NCBI GenBank assembly: GCA_038851325.1
Contig: JAWCKZ010000010.1
Coordinates: forward strand, 1-31,940
Direction of reading: 5' to 3'
DNA length: 31,940 nucleotides
DNA from: Candidatus Bilamarchaeaceae archaeon
GTDB taxonomy: Archaea; Micrarchaeota; Micrarchaeia; Anstonellales; Bilamarchaeaceae
The position numbers and the translations under genes were made by a program. How positions within the stretch are numbered: position 1 is the first letter of the stretch; every line of letters begins with the position of its first letter. The notes beneath the pieces are model-generated. The model made no database searches. It was not told where the DNA came from and saw only the letters and a list, made by a program, of their open reading frames with translations. This document shows, piece after piece, positions 7,964 to 17,397 of this stretch.

Positions 7964-8608
7964 GTGCCAATGCTGGATGAAAACACAAAAAACGAGGCAA
8001 AGCGGAAATTAAGTGAAATGAAGGAGCCGGTAAAACTGATTTATTTCGATAGACAAACCCAAATGAACGAACATATAAAGGAGCTTCTTAAAGAGCTGGT
8101 TGAACTTTCCGGAAAGATACAGCTCGAGATGCATGACCTAACAAAAGATGTAGACCTCGCAAGGCAGTATGGCGTCGACACCGCTCCTGTCATTATTCTA
8201 AGAGGAAAAAATATAAAGGGTGACCCCAGATATTATGGCATTCCTTCCGGATACGAATTTCCCGCCTTTCTTGAGGTGCTTAAGGTAGGAAGCGGTGTTA
8301 ACGGTGCAAGCGACTTTGTAAAAGGATTTTTTGACTCCCTACCTGAAGAAACAAAGATAGAGGTATTTGTCACACCTGTATGCCCGCATTGTCCAACCTC
8401 TGCCTACATCGCAATGAAATTCGCAATCGCAAGCGCCAAGGTCAAAGGATATGTATATGAAGCGATGGAATTCCCAGAGATAGCCACGAAATACAGAGTA
8501 ATGGGCGTACCTAAGACAGTGATAAACGAAGGGAAAGGGGAGTTTGTAGGAGGATACCCAGAAGACGTAGCGTTTATCCAAATAAAAAAGATATTGGCCG
8601 CTCGGTAG
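7964..8608 (+). CDS. Protein disulfide oxidoreductase (two thioredoxin folds, PDO/AhpF-N-like)
   Basis: RYYGIPSGYEF, VFVTPVCPHCP, YRVMGVPKTVIN. Only the C-terminal CxxC is present. Confidence 0.9.
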   Translation: MPMLDENTKNEAKRKLSEMKEPVKLIYFDRQTQMNEHIKELLKELVELSGKIQLEMHDLTKDVDLARQYGVDTAPVIILRGKNIKGDPRYYGIPSGYEFPAFLEVLKVGSGVNGASDFVKGFFDSLPEETKIEVFVTPVCPHCPTSAYIAMKFAIASAKVKGYVYEAMEFPEIATKYRVMGVPKTVINEGKGEFVGGYPEDVAFIQIKKILAAR

Positions 8609-8627
8609 GTAATTCGCATTTAAAAAC

Positions 8628-9587
8628 TCAAAAGAAAACCTGATCTATTCTGTAATTTGGCTTTGGTGATAATTTTTCAATGTTTTTTAACGCATTTCGT
8701 CTCATTAGATAGCCCACGTATGCAATCATGGCTCCGTTATCTCTGTTAAACTCATCGGGCGCCACATAAAATTTTATGTTGTCTGCGCTACACATTGTTC
8801 TCAGCATGTGCTGTAATCGTTTGTTCTGCGCTACCCCGCCACATACGACAAGGGCTTTCTTTCTCGTCAGGAAAAGTGCGCGTTCAGTTGCCTCACAACT
8901 CATCGCAAATGCTGTCTCCATCAATGAGAATGCAACGTCTCTTTTATCGCACTGTTGTGCCATTTTCTGCGCTTGAGTAAGAAGTCCTGAGAAAACAAGG
9001 TTCATCCCTTTAACGCTGTAGGGCAATTCTATGTAATTGCCTCCTTTTGCAAATTGCTCCAATACTGCACCATGCCCTTCCAAACCGATGCCCCGTGCAA
9101 AGGAATCAAAAAGATTTCCCAACCCAATATCCAGCGTTTCACCGATAACGTGATAGCCGTGTTTCTCTTTCAGTATTATCTGACTATTTCCACCTGAAAG
9201 ATAGAGAAAAAGAGGGCTCTCAAACCCAGAGAGTGCTCGCGCGATCTCGAGATGCGCCTGGCAATGATTAACACCAACTATAGGCTTGCGGTAGCTGGCT
9301 GCAAGAAACTTTGCCCCTGCGCACCCAACAGAGAGTGGTGCGCCTATTCCTGGTCCTTGCGAGAAAGAGATGAGATTAATGTCTCTTATTCCAATGCCTG
9401 CTCTTTCCAACGCTCTATGAAGAACTAGCGAAAAAACGCTTGCGTGATGGTCTGCGAGCTCTCTTGGTATCAAACCCTCGCCCCTCTTGGGCCTGTAGGT
9501 GTCACTCTCGTTCGCGAGGATTTTTTTCCCATCTGATACCCCGACACCAAGTGTGTGTGCAGTGCACTCTACTCCAAGAACAAGCAT
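8628..9587 (-). CDS. kae1: tRNA N6-threonylcarbamoyladenosine synthesis protein Kae1 (KEOPS)
   Basis: LGVECTAHTLG, SQGPGIG, VNHCQAH metal site, LSGGNSQI, GETLDIGLGN, GGVAQN, DNGAMIA. Not fused to Bud32. Confidence 0.96.
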   Translation of the reverse strand: MLVLGVECTAHTLGVGVSDGKKILANESDTYRPKRGEGLIPRELADHHASVFSLVLHRALERAGIGIRDINLISFSQGPGIGAPLSVGCAGAKFLAASYRKPIVGVNHCQAHLEIARALSGFESPLFLYLSGGNSQIILKEKHGYHVIGETLDIGLGNLFDSFARGIGLEGHGAVLEQFAKGGNYIELPYSVKGMNLVFSGLLTQAQKMAQQCDKRDVAFSLMETAFAMSCEATERALFLTRKKALVVCGGVAQNKRLQHMLRTMCSADNIKFYVAPDEFNRDNGAMIAYVGYLMRRNALKNIEKLSPKPNYRIDQVFF

Positions 9588-10220
9588 CTAACCGCCACCA
9601 TACATAACTGCTACAATCGTGGACAGATTAAACCCAAAATGCACAGTAATTGGTGGAACGACGCTATTTGCCCGTATGAATATGAAGGCCAAAACCATAC
9701 CAATAACAGTTGCACCGATGATTTCTGTAACCGACCCGTAAAATACATGAGAAAGCCCAAAGGCAATCGCAGAAAGTGTGATCGCACCTGCTGAACCAAA
9801 AACAGGCGAAAGGCGCTGCAAAAGTGCAGCTCTGAAAAATAACTCCTCGGTAATAGGCGCACCAAAAACCGCAAGCATAAGGAGCCAGGATGGAATTTTT
9901 TTAATCACGCCATAAACCTTATAGTTGTCATTGATATCAAATGCTGAGAGGACAAAAGCGAGCGCAAGCATTGTGATGAAAACAAGTATAAAACCACAAA
10001 TGGTCCATACGATATTCGTCTTAATACTCCCGGGCACGCCTACCCCACTAAGTGTTGACCTTAAATTGCCCTTCCATATTATGTATAAAGCGGCAAACAG
10101 AAGGCCGGTATGAATAAAAATCTCATAAAGATAACTTTCTCTTGAAACAAGAACGAAGACAGTAAATGCTATGACTGAAGCAAAAAATCCAGCGGCAAAA
10201 ATATTCTTAGGGTTCATCAT
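9588..10220 (-). CDS. CPBP/Abi (CAAX protease-like) intramembrane metalloprotease
   Basis: [15 protein letters not shown] and [10 protein letters not shown] motifs with multiple TMs. Start placed at ATG 10220, overlapping the rps27ae stop, rather than at 10295. Confidence 0.9.
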   Translation of the reverse strand: MMNPKNIFAAGFFASVIAFTVFVLVSRESYLYEIFIHTGLLFAALYIIWKGNLRSTLSGVGVPGSIKTNIVWTICGFILVFITMLALAFVLSAFDINDNYKVYGVIKKIPSWLLMLAVFGAPITEELFFRAALLQRLSPVFGSAGAITLSAIAFGLSHVFYGSVTEIIGATVIGMVLAFIFIRANSVVPPITVHFGFNLSTIVAVMYGGG

Positions 10221-10372
10221 TTTTTCTCGAAATAACCGCATTTTCCGCATGCTCTTCGATCCTTGTGCTCGGCCAAGTGAACACCCGGGCCACATTTAGG
10301 ACAGAATTTTCTCTGAACATACGGCCTTGTCCTCTTCTCTTTCTTTTTTTCTTCTTTTTTACCTTCTGCCAT
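10217..10372 (-). CDS. rps27ae: 30S ribosomal protein S27ae (51 aa, not in ORF track)
   Basis: Manual translation: [51 protein letters not shown]. Zinc ribbon CPKCGPG...CGKCGY; directly downstream of rps24e. Confidence 0.95.
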   Translation of the reverse strand: MAEGKKEEKKKEKRTRPYVQRKFCPKCGPGVHLAEHKDRRACGKCGYFEKK

Positions 10373-10390
10373 AGCTCAAAACACCCTTAA

Positions 10391-10723
10391 CTACTTCTTT
10401 GGTGCGGCCTTTCCTTTTTTCTCCTCTTTCTTTTTTTCTTCGGGAGGCGCTATCCCATCCCTCCTTCTGATGTATCCTGGTTCCACTTCTTTAAGCCTTT
10501 CCAGGTTGGCATAGGAGTGCAGCACAACGTCTATTTTTTTAGCGCCGAACTGTGGCTTTGTGCTTCTCAGAACAGTCAGGCCGGGGTCCAAACCAAGTTT
10601 TGTGGCCACACTTTCGCGTATTTCCTTTCGCGTAGGCGTCGCAGCATCAAAGCTCACAACAGCCGTTATCTCCTTTCTCTCAAGAAGTTTGTTGTCAATC
10701 TTTGATATAATCTCAATTTCCAT
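10391..10723 (-). CDS. rps24e: 30S ribosomal protein S24e
   Basis: MEIEIISKIDNKLLERKEI, ATPTRKEIR, FGAKK; conserved pairing with rps27ae. Confidence 0.93.
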   Translation of the reverse strand: MEIEIISKIDNKLLERKEITAVVSFDAATPTRKEIRESVATKLGLDPGLTVLRSTKPQFGAKKIDVVLHSYANLERLKEVEPGYIRRRDGIAPPEEKKKEEKKGKAAPKK

Positions 10724-10736
10724 GAAATCAACCCGT

Positions 10737-11129
10737 TCACCGTATCCTCTCTATTTTTCTCTTGCCCATCGCTTCCAAAACCTCTGCTTCCTTGCCAGCG
10801 GTCGCGCTTGGAAGAAGTTCATCTGGGATCTCCATCTCGTAAACTTCATAACTTTGCGAATCCATAACCTGTGCTATCTTTCCGTTCACGGACAGTATCT
10901 GCACAGTCTTTCTTTCTATTATCGGAACTTCAACATCGGCGTCTCCTGGCGTAAGAAGTGTTTTCTTCTGCCCTTCAAACAACCCTATCCCGGTTATCCG
11001 CATCTTTGCCGCACCATGCTTTCCTGGTTTTGAACTCTCTACTTCAACCACTTTGCACGGCACATCGTCTATCAAAACATATTTTCCTACTTTTATATCC
11101 TTTGCTGTTGCAAATACCTTCTCAACCAT
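10737..11129 (-). CDS. eif5a: Translation factor aIF5A (eIF5A)
   Basis: Hypusination loop SKPGKHGAAK. Start placed at ATG 11129, which follows the SD-like AGGTGA. Confidence 0.97.
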   Translation of the reverse strand: MVEKVFATAKDIKVGKYVLIDDVPCKVVEVESSKPGKHGAAKMRITGIGLFEGQKKTLLTPGDADVEVPIIERKTVQILSVNGKIAQVMDSQSYEVYEMEIPDELLPSATAGKEAEVLEAMGKRKIERIR

Positions 11130-11222
11130 TCCATTCACCTTATTTATCTGATGTCGCAAACATAAAAATGCACAAAACCTGAGAAAATAGATGGTAATAT
11201 TTAAAACATTAGTTTTTTAAAC

Positions 11223-11930
11223 ATGGTTATGATGCTTGTAGATGCGCATTGCCATCTTCCCGAAGTTAAAAATTATGTAATAAAAGACATTATCCCGATA
11301 GCGTGTGGCTATTCTCATCAATCAAACATAAAGACCGCAGAACTTTCGAAAAAATTGGGATTGCCGTTTGTCTTGGGTATAGCACCGCAAACAGTCATCT
11401 CCGTAAAGGACCTGGAGGGATTGGATGAGTGGATAGAGCTCATTAAAAGACAGAAGCCAAATGCAATAGGCGAAGTCGGTCTTGACTACCACTGGGCAAA
11501 GGAAGAGCACGAGATCGAGCGAGAGGAGATAACTTTTTATAGGATGATAGAATTAGCCGAAGAAATGAAACTGCCACTCGTAATACATTCCAGAAGAGCG
11601 ACGCAGGATGTAATCGACACCCTCCACCTTAAGAACTTTCCTCATCGTTTTATGTTTCATTTCTTCTCGGGAACACTCTCGGAAGCAAGATGGATAGTTG
11701 AACGCGACGGACTTGTATCTGTCCCGCCCCTCCACTCGAAAGAGAGACATATTGTGATAGAGCGCACACCGATAGAAAACATCGTTGTTGAAACCGATGC
11801 GCCCTATGTAGGTCGAACGCCAGATGCAGTAAAAGACGCAATAAAGTACGTTGCCGAGATTAAGCAGATGGATTTCGAGGAGGTTGCCGAACAAACTGCA
11901 AAGAATGCTAAAAGATTTTTTTCGTTTTAG
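11223..11930 (+). CDS. tatD: TatD family deoxyribonuclease/hydrolase
   Basis: VDAHCHL, AIGEVGLDYH, PLVIHSR, HFFSG, VVETDAPY. Confidence 0.93.
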   Translation: MVMMLVDAHCHLPEVKNYVIKDIIPIACGYSHQSNIKTAELSKKLGLPFVLGIAPQTVISVKDLEGLDEWIELIKRQKPNAIGEVGLDYHWAKEEHEIEREEITFYRMIELAEEMKLPLVIHSRRATQDVIDTLHLKNFPHRFMFHFFSGTLSEARWIVERDGLVSVPPLHSKERHIVIERTPIENIVVETDAPYVGRTPDAVKDAIKYVAEIKQMDFEEVAEQTAKNAKRFFSF

Positions 11931-11950
11931 GCTGATAAGAGGGCGAGCGT

Positions 11951-12424
11951 ATGCTTGAAGCCATGAGAAAAATTTTTGGTGGTAAAAAAAATATAGCGCT
12001 TTTAGTTGATGGACCAAATGTCTTAAGAAAAGCGTTTCACCTTGACGTGCGAACTGTCAAAAACGAAGTAAGTAAATATGGAGACATAAGAATCGCAAAG
12101 ATATATCTCGATCAGTATGCATCCGACAAATTGATAGAAGCAATGATAAACCAAGGATTTGATGTTGAAATAACAACAGGAGATGTAGATGTAACCATGG
12201 CGATAGAAGCGATGGAATTTGCGCTAGACCGAAACATTGATATACTTGCACTCATGACCCGCGACACAGATTATCGCCCACTTCTTGTGAAAGCAAAGGC
12301 AAAAGGGAAAAAAACGATAATAGTTGCAACAGATGTTGCGTTCAGCGCAGCTCTTAGGAACACCGCAGATATAGTTATAATTATTAAGGACAAAGACAAA
12401 GTAGAGCACATTGTAAATCCGTGA
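11951..12424 (+). CDS. NYN domain (LabA/DUF88, PIN-like) protein
   Basis: LLVDGPN, GDVDVTMAIEAM, LMTRDTDY...GKKTI...AD motifs. Confidence 0.9.
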   Translation: MLEAMRKIFGGKKNIALLVDGPNVLRKAFHLDVRTVKNEVSKYGDIRIAKIYLDQYASDKLIEAMINQGFDVEITTGDVDVTMAIEAMEFALDRNIDILALMTRDTDYRPLLVKAKAKGKKTIIVATDVAFSAALRNTADIVIIIKDKDKVEHIVNP

Positions 12425-12978
12425 TGAATGTAGATGGTGATTTTATGGATATTGATTTTAATAAAATAAAAGCTGGAATCGGCTTTCCGACAATGGTAGG
12501 GATTGTTCTTTTAATTGTGGTGCATGTTTTTCTTATCGCGCTAAACATTTTAATGGCACGGTACGCCCCATCTGACTATCTTCAACTTGTTAGCCTAGTA
12601 AGCATCTTCGTGCTCCTATTCGCACTCTTACCTTTCTTTCTTTGGGTGGGTTACAGAACTGCAAAAAGATACCGCGCTAACACGGTGGAAGCAGGGATAA
12701 CAACAGCAATCGTGGCCGCGATAATCATCATCGTAAAATATACGTTCTATGTGATAGCCATAATAGCGGCAATGGTGCTTGGTGGTTGGATACCCGCGAT
12801 TGGGTCCGCACTTTCTGTGATAAGCATGCTTAGATGGACCCAATTTGAAGCCCATGACCCGATAACTGTGGCGCTGAATTGCACTGTCTGTCTTGCAGAG
12901 ATTTTTGTCTCTCTGGGAGTTAATTTCATCATAGGGGGTATAGGAGGATATTACTGCGAAAAAGACCGGGCCAAATAA
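12421..12978 (+). CDS. Hypothetical integral membrane protein (4-5 TM)
   Basis: Strongly hydrophobic ORF in operon orientation, overlapping the NYN gene stop. Exact start uncertain. Confidence 0.75.
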   Translation: MMNVDGDFMDIDFNKIKAGIGFPTMVGIVLLIVVHVFLIALNILMARYAPSDYLQLVSLVSIFVLLFALLPFFLWVGYRTAKRYRANTVEAGITTAIVAAIIIIVKYTFYVIAIIAAMVLGGWIPAIGSALSVISMLRWTQFEAHDPITVALNCTVCLAEIFVSLGVNFIIGGIGGYYCEKDRAK

Positions 12979-13109
12979 AGTCAAACCAGATAAAGTTAAA
13001 ATTATAAAAGGACAAAAAAAGTGTATGTAATACATCCTTGTAAATGCCACGTTTTATATTTATTTTGTCTGAAGTATATCCCGCAAATGAGAGGCGTTAG
13101 GGTGATTAG

Positions 13110-15200
13110 ATGATAAAAAAGGTTAAAAAACGCGACGGGAAGATAGTAGATTTTGATAAGGAAAAAATAGTTAATGCTATTTTTAAGGCTGCGGAGGCTA
13201 TCGGCGGAAAGGATAGAAAAGAAGCAGAACGCGTAGCGAGCATTGTTGTGCAAATGATAGAAGAGAGGTTCAAAGAGGATTACATTCCAAGCGTAGAGGA
13301 TATTCAAGACTTAGTTGAAAAGGCACTCATAGAATCTGGTCACGCTACAACAGCAAAAGCCTACATACTCTATAGACACAAAAAGACAGTCGAGAGAGAA
13401 ATGAAAAAAATCCTTGGTGTCCAGGATGATCTCAAACTCCCTTTAAATTCGATTCAAGTGCTTGAAAGGAGATATCTCCTGAAAGATGAGACTGGAAAGG
13501 TTATAGAGACACCCAGCCAGCTTTTTAGGCGCGTCGCAAGATTCATAGCATCCAATGAAAAGACATATGGAGCAGATGACGATACTGTTAAGGAATATGA
13601 AGATGCATTCTATCAAATAATGACAAATTTTGAATTCCTCCCCAATTCTCCGACCTTAATGAACGCTGGCACGAACCTTGGCCAACTGGCGGCTTGTTTC
13701 GTCCTTCCAGTAGAGGACAACATCGAGGGAATATTTGATGCTGTGAAATACACCGCAATAATACATAAAACAGGCGGCGGAACAGGCTTCTCTTTCTCTT
13801 ATCTCAGACCGAAAGGGGACTTTGTAAAGAGTACCGCTGGCGTCGCCTCTGGACCGCTTTCATTTATGCGTATATTCGATGTCGCTACAGACGTAGTGAA
13901 GCAGGGAGGAAAAAGACGGGGAGCGAACATGGGTGTTCTGCATGTCTGGCATCCAGACATTGAAGATTTTATAACTGTAAAGCAGAGCCCAGGTGTGTTC
14001 GAGAACTTTAACATATCAGTTGCGGTGGATGACCAATTCATGAAAGCAGTCGAGGAAAACAAGGAATACCCGCTGATAAATCCGAGAACAAAAGAGGCTG
14101 TGCGCGAGATAAATGCGAGAAGCCTTTACAAACTTATAGCTTACAGCGCATGGAAGTCGGCTGAGCCAGGGGTTTTGTTCATAGATACAATAAACAGAGC
14201 AAACCCCACTCCAGCGTATGAGATACACGCTACGAACCCATGCGGTGAAGTGCCTATGCCAGACTATGAATCGTGCAACCTTGGAAGCATAAACCTCGAG
14301 AAGTTTGTTGATATCGATTGGACTAAGGGTGATTGGAAAAAGAAAATAAACTGGAAAAGACTAAGATATGTTGTACGCCTTGCAGTCCAGTTTCTTGATA
14401 ATGTGATAGACCTGAATAGATATCCTATACCCGAGATAAAGAAGAGAACGCTCCACCACAGAAGAATGGGACTTGGTGTCATGGGCTTTGCCAGAATGCT
14501 CTTCAAAATGGGTGTAAGATATGACTCTGAACTTGCGCTCGAGATAGCCGAAGGCGTTATGAAGTTTATCACTGATGAAGCCAGAAAGATGAGCCACGAG
14601 TTAGGAAGAGCAAGAGGATCGTTTCCCGGCTTTAAAGAAAGCACGCTGGCAAAGAGATACGATGCAATAAGAAATGCAACCGTGACCTCTATAGCGCCCA
14701 CAGGAACGATATCAATGATTGCGGATACCTCAAGCGGAATAGAACCTATGTTTGCACTGGCATATATAAAGAATGTCATGGATGGGACAAAGTTGTACTA
14801 CAGCGACACCATATTTGAACATGTTCTTAAGATACGCGGTCTCTATACCGTTGAACTCATGCAGAAGATAATTGAGGAAGGAAGCATTCAGAACATGGAG
14901 GAAATACCAAGCGAGCTAAGGGAAGTGTTTGTGGTTGCGTACGACATCGCACCCGAGTTTCATGTAAGAATGCAGGCTGCATTTCAAAAATACACTGATC
15001 TAGCTGTAAGCAAGACAATAAACATGCCTGCTGAAGCAAGTGTTGAGGATGTTGAAAATGCCTACCTACTTGCGTGGAGGCTCGGTTGTAAAGGAATAAC
15101 GATATACAGAGAAGGAAGCCGTGGAGAGGGAGTACTCAGAAAGGTAAAAAAGACCGAGGCACAAAAATTAGAAATGGTTATGGAGGCGAAGGAAGTATGA
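13110..15200 (+). CDS. nrdJ: Class II (adenosylcobalamin-dependent) ribonucleotide reductase with N-terminal ATP cone
   Basis: ATP cone (VKKRDGKIVDFDKEKI), PNSPTLMNAG, LAACFV, GGGTG, QGGKRRGANM, TNPCGE, ESCNLGS, IAPTGTIS, AVSKTIN, KGITIYREGSR. Confidence 0.95.
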   Translation: MIKKVKKRDGKIVDFDKEKIVNAIFKAAEAIGGKDRKEAERVASIVVQMIEERFKEDYIPSVEDIQDLVEKALIESGHATTAKAYILYRHKKTVEREMKKILGVQDDLKLPLNSIQVLERRYLLKDETGKVIETPSQLFRRVARFIASNEKTYGADDDTVKEYEDAFYQIMTNFEFLPNSPTLMNAGTNLGQLAACFVLPVEDNIEGIFDAVKYTAIIHKTGGGTGFSFSYLRPKGDFVKSTAGVASGPLSFMRIFDVATDVVKQGGKRRGANMGVLHVWHPDIEDFITVKQSPGVFENFNISVAVDDQFMKAVEENKEYPLINPRTKEAVREINARSLYKLIAYSAWKSAEPGVLFIDTINRANPTPAYEIHATNPCGEVPMPDYESCNLGSINLEKFVDIDWTKGDWKKKINWKRLRYVVRLAVQFLDNVIDLNRYPIPEIKKRTLHHRRMGLGVMGFARMLFKMGVRYDSELALEIAEGVMKFITDEARKMSHELGRARGSFPGFKESTLAKRYDAIRNATVTSIAPTGTISMIADTSSGIEPMFALAYIKNVMDGTKLYYSDTIFEHVLKIRGLYTVELMQKIIEEGSIQNMEEIPSELREVFVVAYDIAPEFHVRMQAAFQKYTDLAVSKTINMPAEASVEDVENAYLLAWRLGCKGITIYREGSRGEGVLRKVKKTEAQKLEMVMEAKEV

Positions 15201-15217
15201 AGGAAGGAAGTATGAAG
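15188..15217 (+). repeat. Perfect 15-bp tandem duplication at the nrdJ/fbp junction
   Basis: GAAGGAAGTATGAAG at 15188-15202 and again at 15203-15217. Confidence 0.95.
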
Positions 15218-16321
15218 ATAACAATAAGTATAATAAAGGCCGATGTAGGCGGTTGGCCAGGGCACGCAAGCGTTCACCCTCAACTGAAGGAGGTTGCGCG
15301 AAAACAACTCGAAGAGGGCAGAAGAGCAGGAAAAATAATCGATTACTATGTGGCATCCTGCGGGGACGATTTGGACCTTATAATGACACACACGAAGGGT
15401 GTTGACAGCAGAGAGATCCACGAACTTGCATGGAACACGTTTAAGGCAGCCACGCAAACTGCAAAGGAGCTAAAGTTGTATGGCGCCGGACAAGACTTGC
15501 TCTCTGATGCATTCTCTGGAAACGTTAGAGGGCTCGGGCCATGCGCTGCCGAAATGGAATTTACAGAGCGAAAGAGCGAGCCTGTGATAGCCTTTCTCAT
15601 GGATAAAACTGACCCGGGTGCCTTTAATCTTCCTGTGTATCGAATGTTTGCAGACCCATTCAATACCGCAGGTCTTGTTATAGACCCAAGCATGCATTCT
15701 GGGTTTGTATTTGAAGTATTTGATATATACAACAGCAAAAAGGTTACTCTAAGCACACCAGAAGAGATGTACGACCTTCTTGCTCTCATCGGAGCAAAGA
15801 GTAAATATGTCATCAAAAGCGTTTACCCGAAAGAGGGTGGAAAACTTCCGGTAAACGAGCCGGTTGCGGTAATAAGTACAGAAAAACTCTATCAGGTCGC
15901 AGGAGAGTATGTAGGAAAGGACGACCCTGTGGCGCTTGTAAGAGCACAGTCTGGACTGCCTGCCGTTGGCGAAGTACTTGAACCTTTTGCATTTCCGCAT
16001 CTTGTCGCAGGGTGGATGAGAGGGTCGCATAATGGTCCTATAATGCCCGTTGCTGCTGATGATGCGATTCCAACAAGGTTCGATGGGCCGCCGCGCGTGA
16101 TTGCGCTTGGGTTCCAAATCGCAAATGGAAGACTCATCGGACCAGTGGATATGTTCAAGGACAAAGCATTTGACGAGACAAGGAAGAAAGCAAGTAGGAT
16201 AGCAGAGTATATGAGACGACACGGGCCCTTTGAGCCGCATAGGCTCTCACCTGAAGAGATGGAGTACACAACATTACCAAAAGTTCTTGAGAAATTAAAG
16301 GAGAGATTCAAGAAGATATAA
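15212..16321 (+). CDS. fbp: Bifunctional fructose-1,6-bisphosphate aldolase/phosphatase (class V FBPase)
   Basis: MKITISIIKADVGG, CGDDL, LYGAGQDLL, DKTDPGAFNLP, YVGKDDP (Schiff-base Lys), GWMRGSHNGP, FDGPPR, HGPFEPHRL. Alternative start at 15197. Confidence 0.97.
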   Translation: MKITISIIKADVGGWPGHASVHPQLKEVARKQLEEGRRAGKIIDYYVASCGDDLDLIMTHTKGVDSREIHELAWNTFKAATQTAKELKLYGAGQDLLSDAFSGNVRGLGPCAAEMEFTERKSEPVIAFLMDKTDPGAFNLPVYRMFADPFNTAGLVIDPSMHSGFVFEVFDIYNSKKVTLSTPEEMYDLLALIGAKSKYVIKSVYPKEGGKLPVNEPVAVISTEKLYQVAGEYVGKDDPVALVRAQSGLPAVGEVLEPFAFPHLVAGWMRGSHNGPIMPVAADDAIPTRFDGPPRVIALGFQIANGRLIGPVDMFKDKAFDETRKKASRIAEYMRRHGPFEPHRLSPEEMEYTTLPKVLEKLKERFKKI

Positions 16322-16350
16322 GAGCATTATGATTGTTTAGAAGGGTCTGA

Positions 16351-16818
16351 ATGGAACTCTCTCGCGAAGCGGTTGCTTTTCTAATTATTCTTTTTATTTT
16401 TATCGCGCTACTTCTTGCCCACGCTGAATTGAGCACAAGCAGAAAACAAATAAGAATAACAAACAAAAACGGTGAAATTGTAACCGTGACAGTAGAGATA
16501 GCAGATAATCCTATCAAAAGAGCCAAAGGATTAATGTTCAGGCAATCGTTGGGAGAATACGAAGGCATGCTCTTTGTGTTTACCGCCAGCGGTCGGTACA
16601 GCCTGTGGATGGTTAACACTACCATACCGCTGGATGCAATATTCTTCGATGAGAACAGGCGCGTTGTTGATATCATAAGAATGAAGCCATGCAACCTACC
16701 ACCATGTCCAACCTACTCTCCAAAAAAGAATGCAAAATACATACTTGAGGTGAATGCTGGTTTCGCTGAGGCGCATGGCATAACCGAAGGATGCGAGTTC
16801 TCTTATGTGGAAAGCTGA
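16351..16818 (+). CDS. DUF192 family protein with N-terminal signal/TM
   Basis: VEIAD...RAKGLMFR, GMLFVF, WMVNTTIPLDAIF, YILEVNAG. Confidence 0.92.
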   Translation: MELSREAVAFLIILFIFIALLLAHAELSTSRKQIRITNKNGEIVTVTVEIADNPIKRAKGLMFRQSLGEYEGMLFVFTASGRYSLWMVNTTIPLDAIFFDENRRVVDIIRMKPCNLPPCPTYSPKKNAKYILEVNAGFAEAHGITEGCEFSYVES

Positions 16819-16846
16819 TGCAAAAACAAAGCAGCAGCAAAAATAA

Positions 16847-16944
16847 CGCCGAGGAGGAGATTTGAACTCCTAACCCCGTGAAGGGGATACGCTCACAGGA
16901 AACATCTCCAGGCGTACGCGTTAACCGGGTTCCGCCACCTCGGC
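16847..16944 (-). tRNA. tRNA-Ser(GGA) with a canonical 12-nt intron at 37/38 (16894-16905)
   Basis: Reverse complement: acceptor GCCGAGG/CCTCGGC with G discriminator, anticodon arm TACGC-CTGGAG|ATGTTTCCTGTG|A-GCGTA, long variable arm CCCC-TTCAC-GGGG, T arm AGGAG-TTCAAAT-CTCCT. Confidence 0.93.
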
Positions 16945-17370
16945 TAAAACCCTTTTTGTCCTTAAATGGACAGTTGCGTTAAATCTTTTTTTCAGCAACT
17001 GTTTTAATGCCTTTATCCGTTCGCCCTCTTTTCCGATAGCTAGTCCACGATCCTTTTCGTTGAGAGTTACTATGATAGCTTTCTCTCCCATTGCATCGCG
17101 TTGCTCTACAGCGAGTACGCTTATGCTACTAAAAAAATTTCGGACAAACGTTTCAAGTTCTTTTGAATCTGCTACTATGAGAACTTTCTTTTTCAACTGC
17201 TTCTTAAGCCTTTGTATATTCGCACCGCTTTTCCCTATCGCCTTCCCGAGACTTTGCGGTTCGACTACAAAGACTACAATCCCTCCAGATTCGACAAAAT
17301 CGGTGGGCATTACCTGCGTGATGCGCTCAAAAATTGTAAAGAACGAAAGCTCTTTTTCCGTGAGTTCCAT
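16921..17370 (-). CDS. nusA: Archaeal NusA (two KH domains)
   Basis: GKAIGKSGANI and GLAIGKEGERIK KH motifs; conserved position after rpl30e. Confidence 0.94.
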   Translation of the reverse strand: MELTEKELSFFTIFERITQVMPTDFVESGGIVVFVVEPQSLGKAIGKSGANIQRLKKQLKKKVLIVADSKELETFVRNFFSSISVLAVEQRDAMGEKAIIVTLNEKDRGLAIGKEGERIKALKQLLKKRFNATVHLRTKRVLAEVAEPG

Positions 17371-17397
17371 TAGATCACAGAGGAATGTATATCAGGT

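Noticed and set aside
10221..10295. N-terminal extension of the CPBP protease as given in the ORF track
   Set aside because: This segment is the rps27ae coding region in another frame.
13011..13069. Palindromes upstream of nrdJ (ATGTA-A-TACAT 13025-13035; GACAAAA/TTTTGTC) as an operator
   Set aside because: Short, AT-rich and single-copy; not distinguishable from chance without comparative data.
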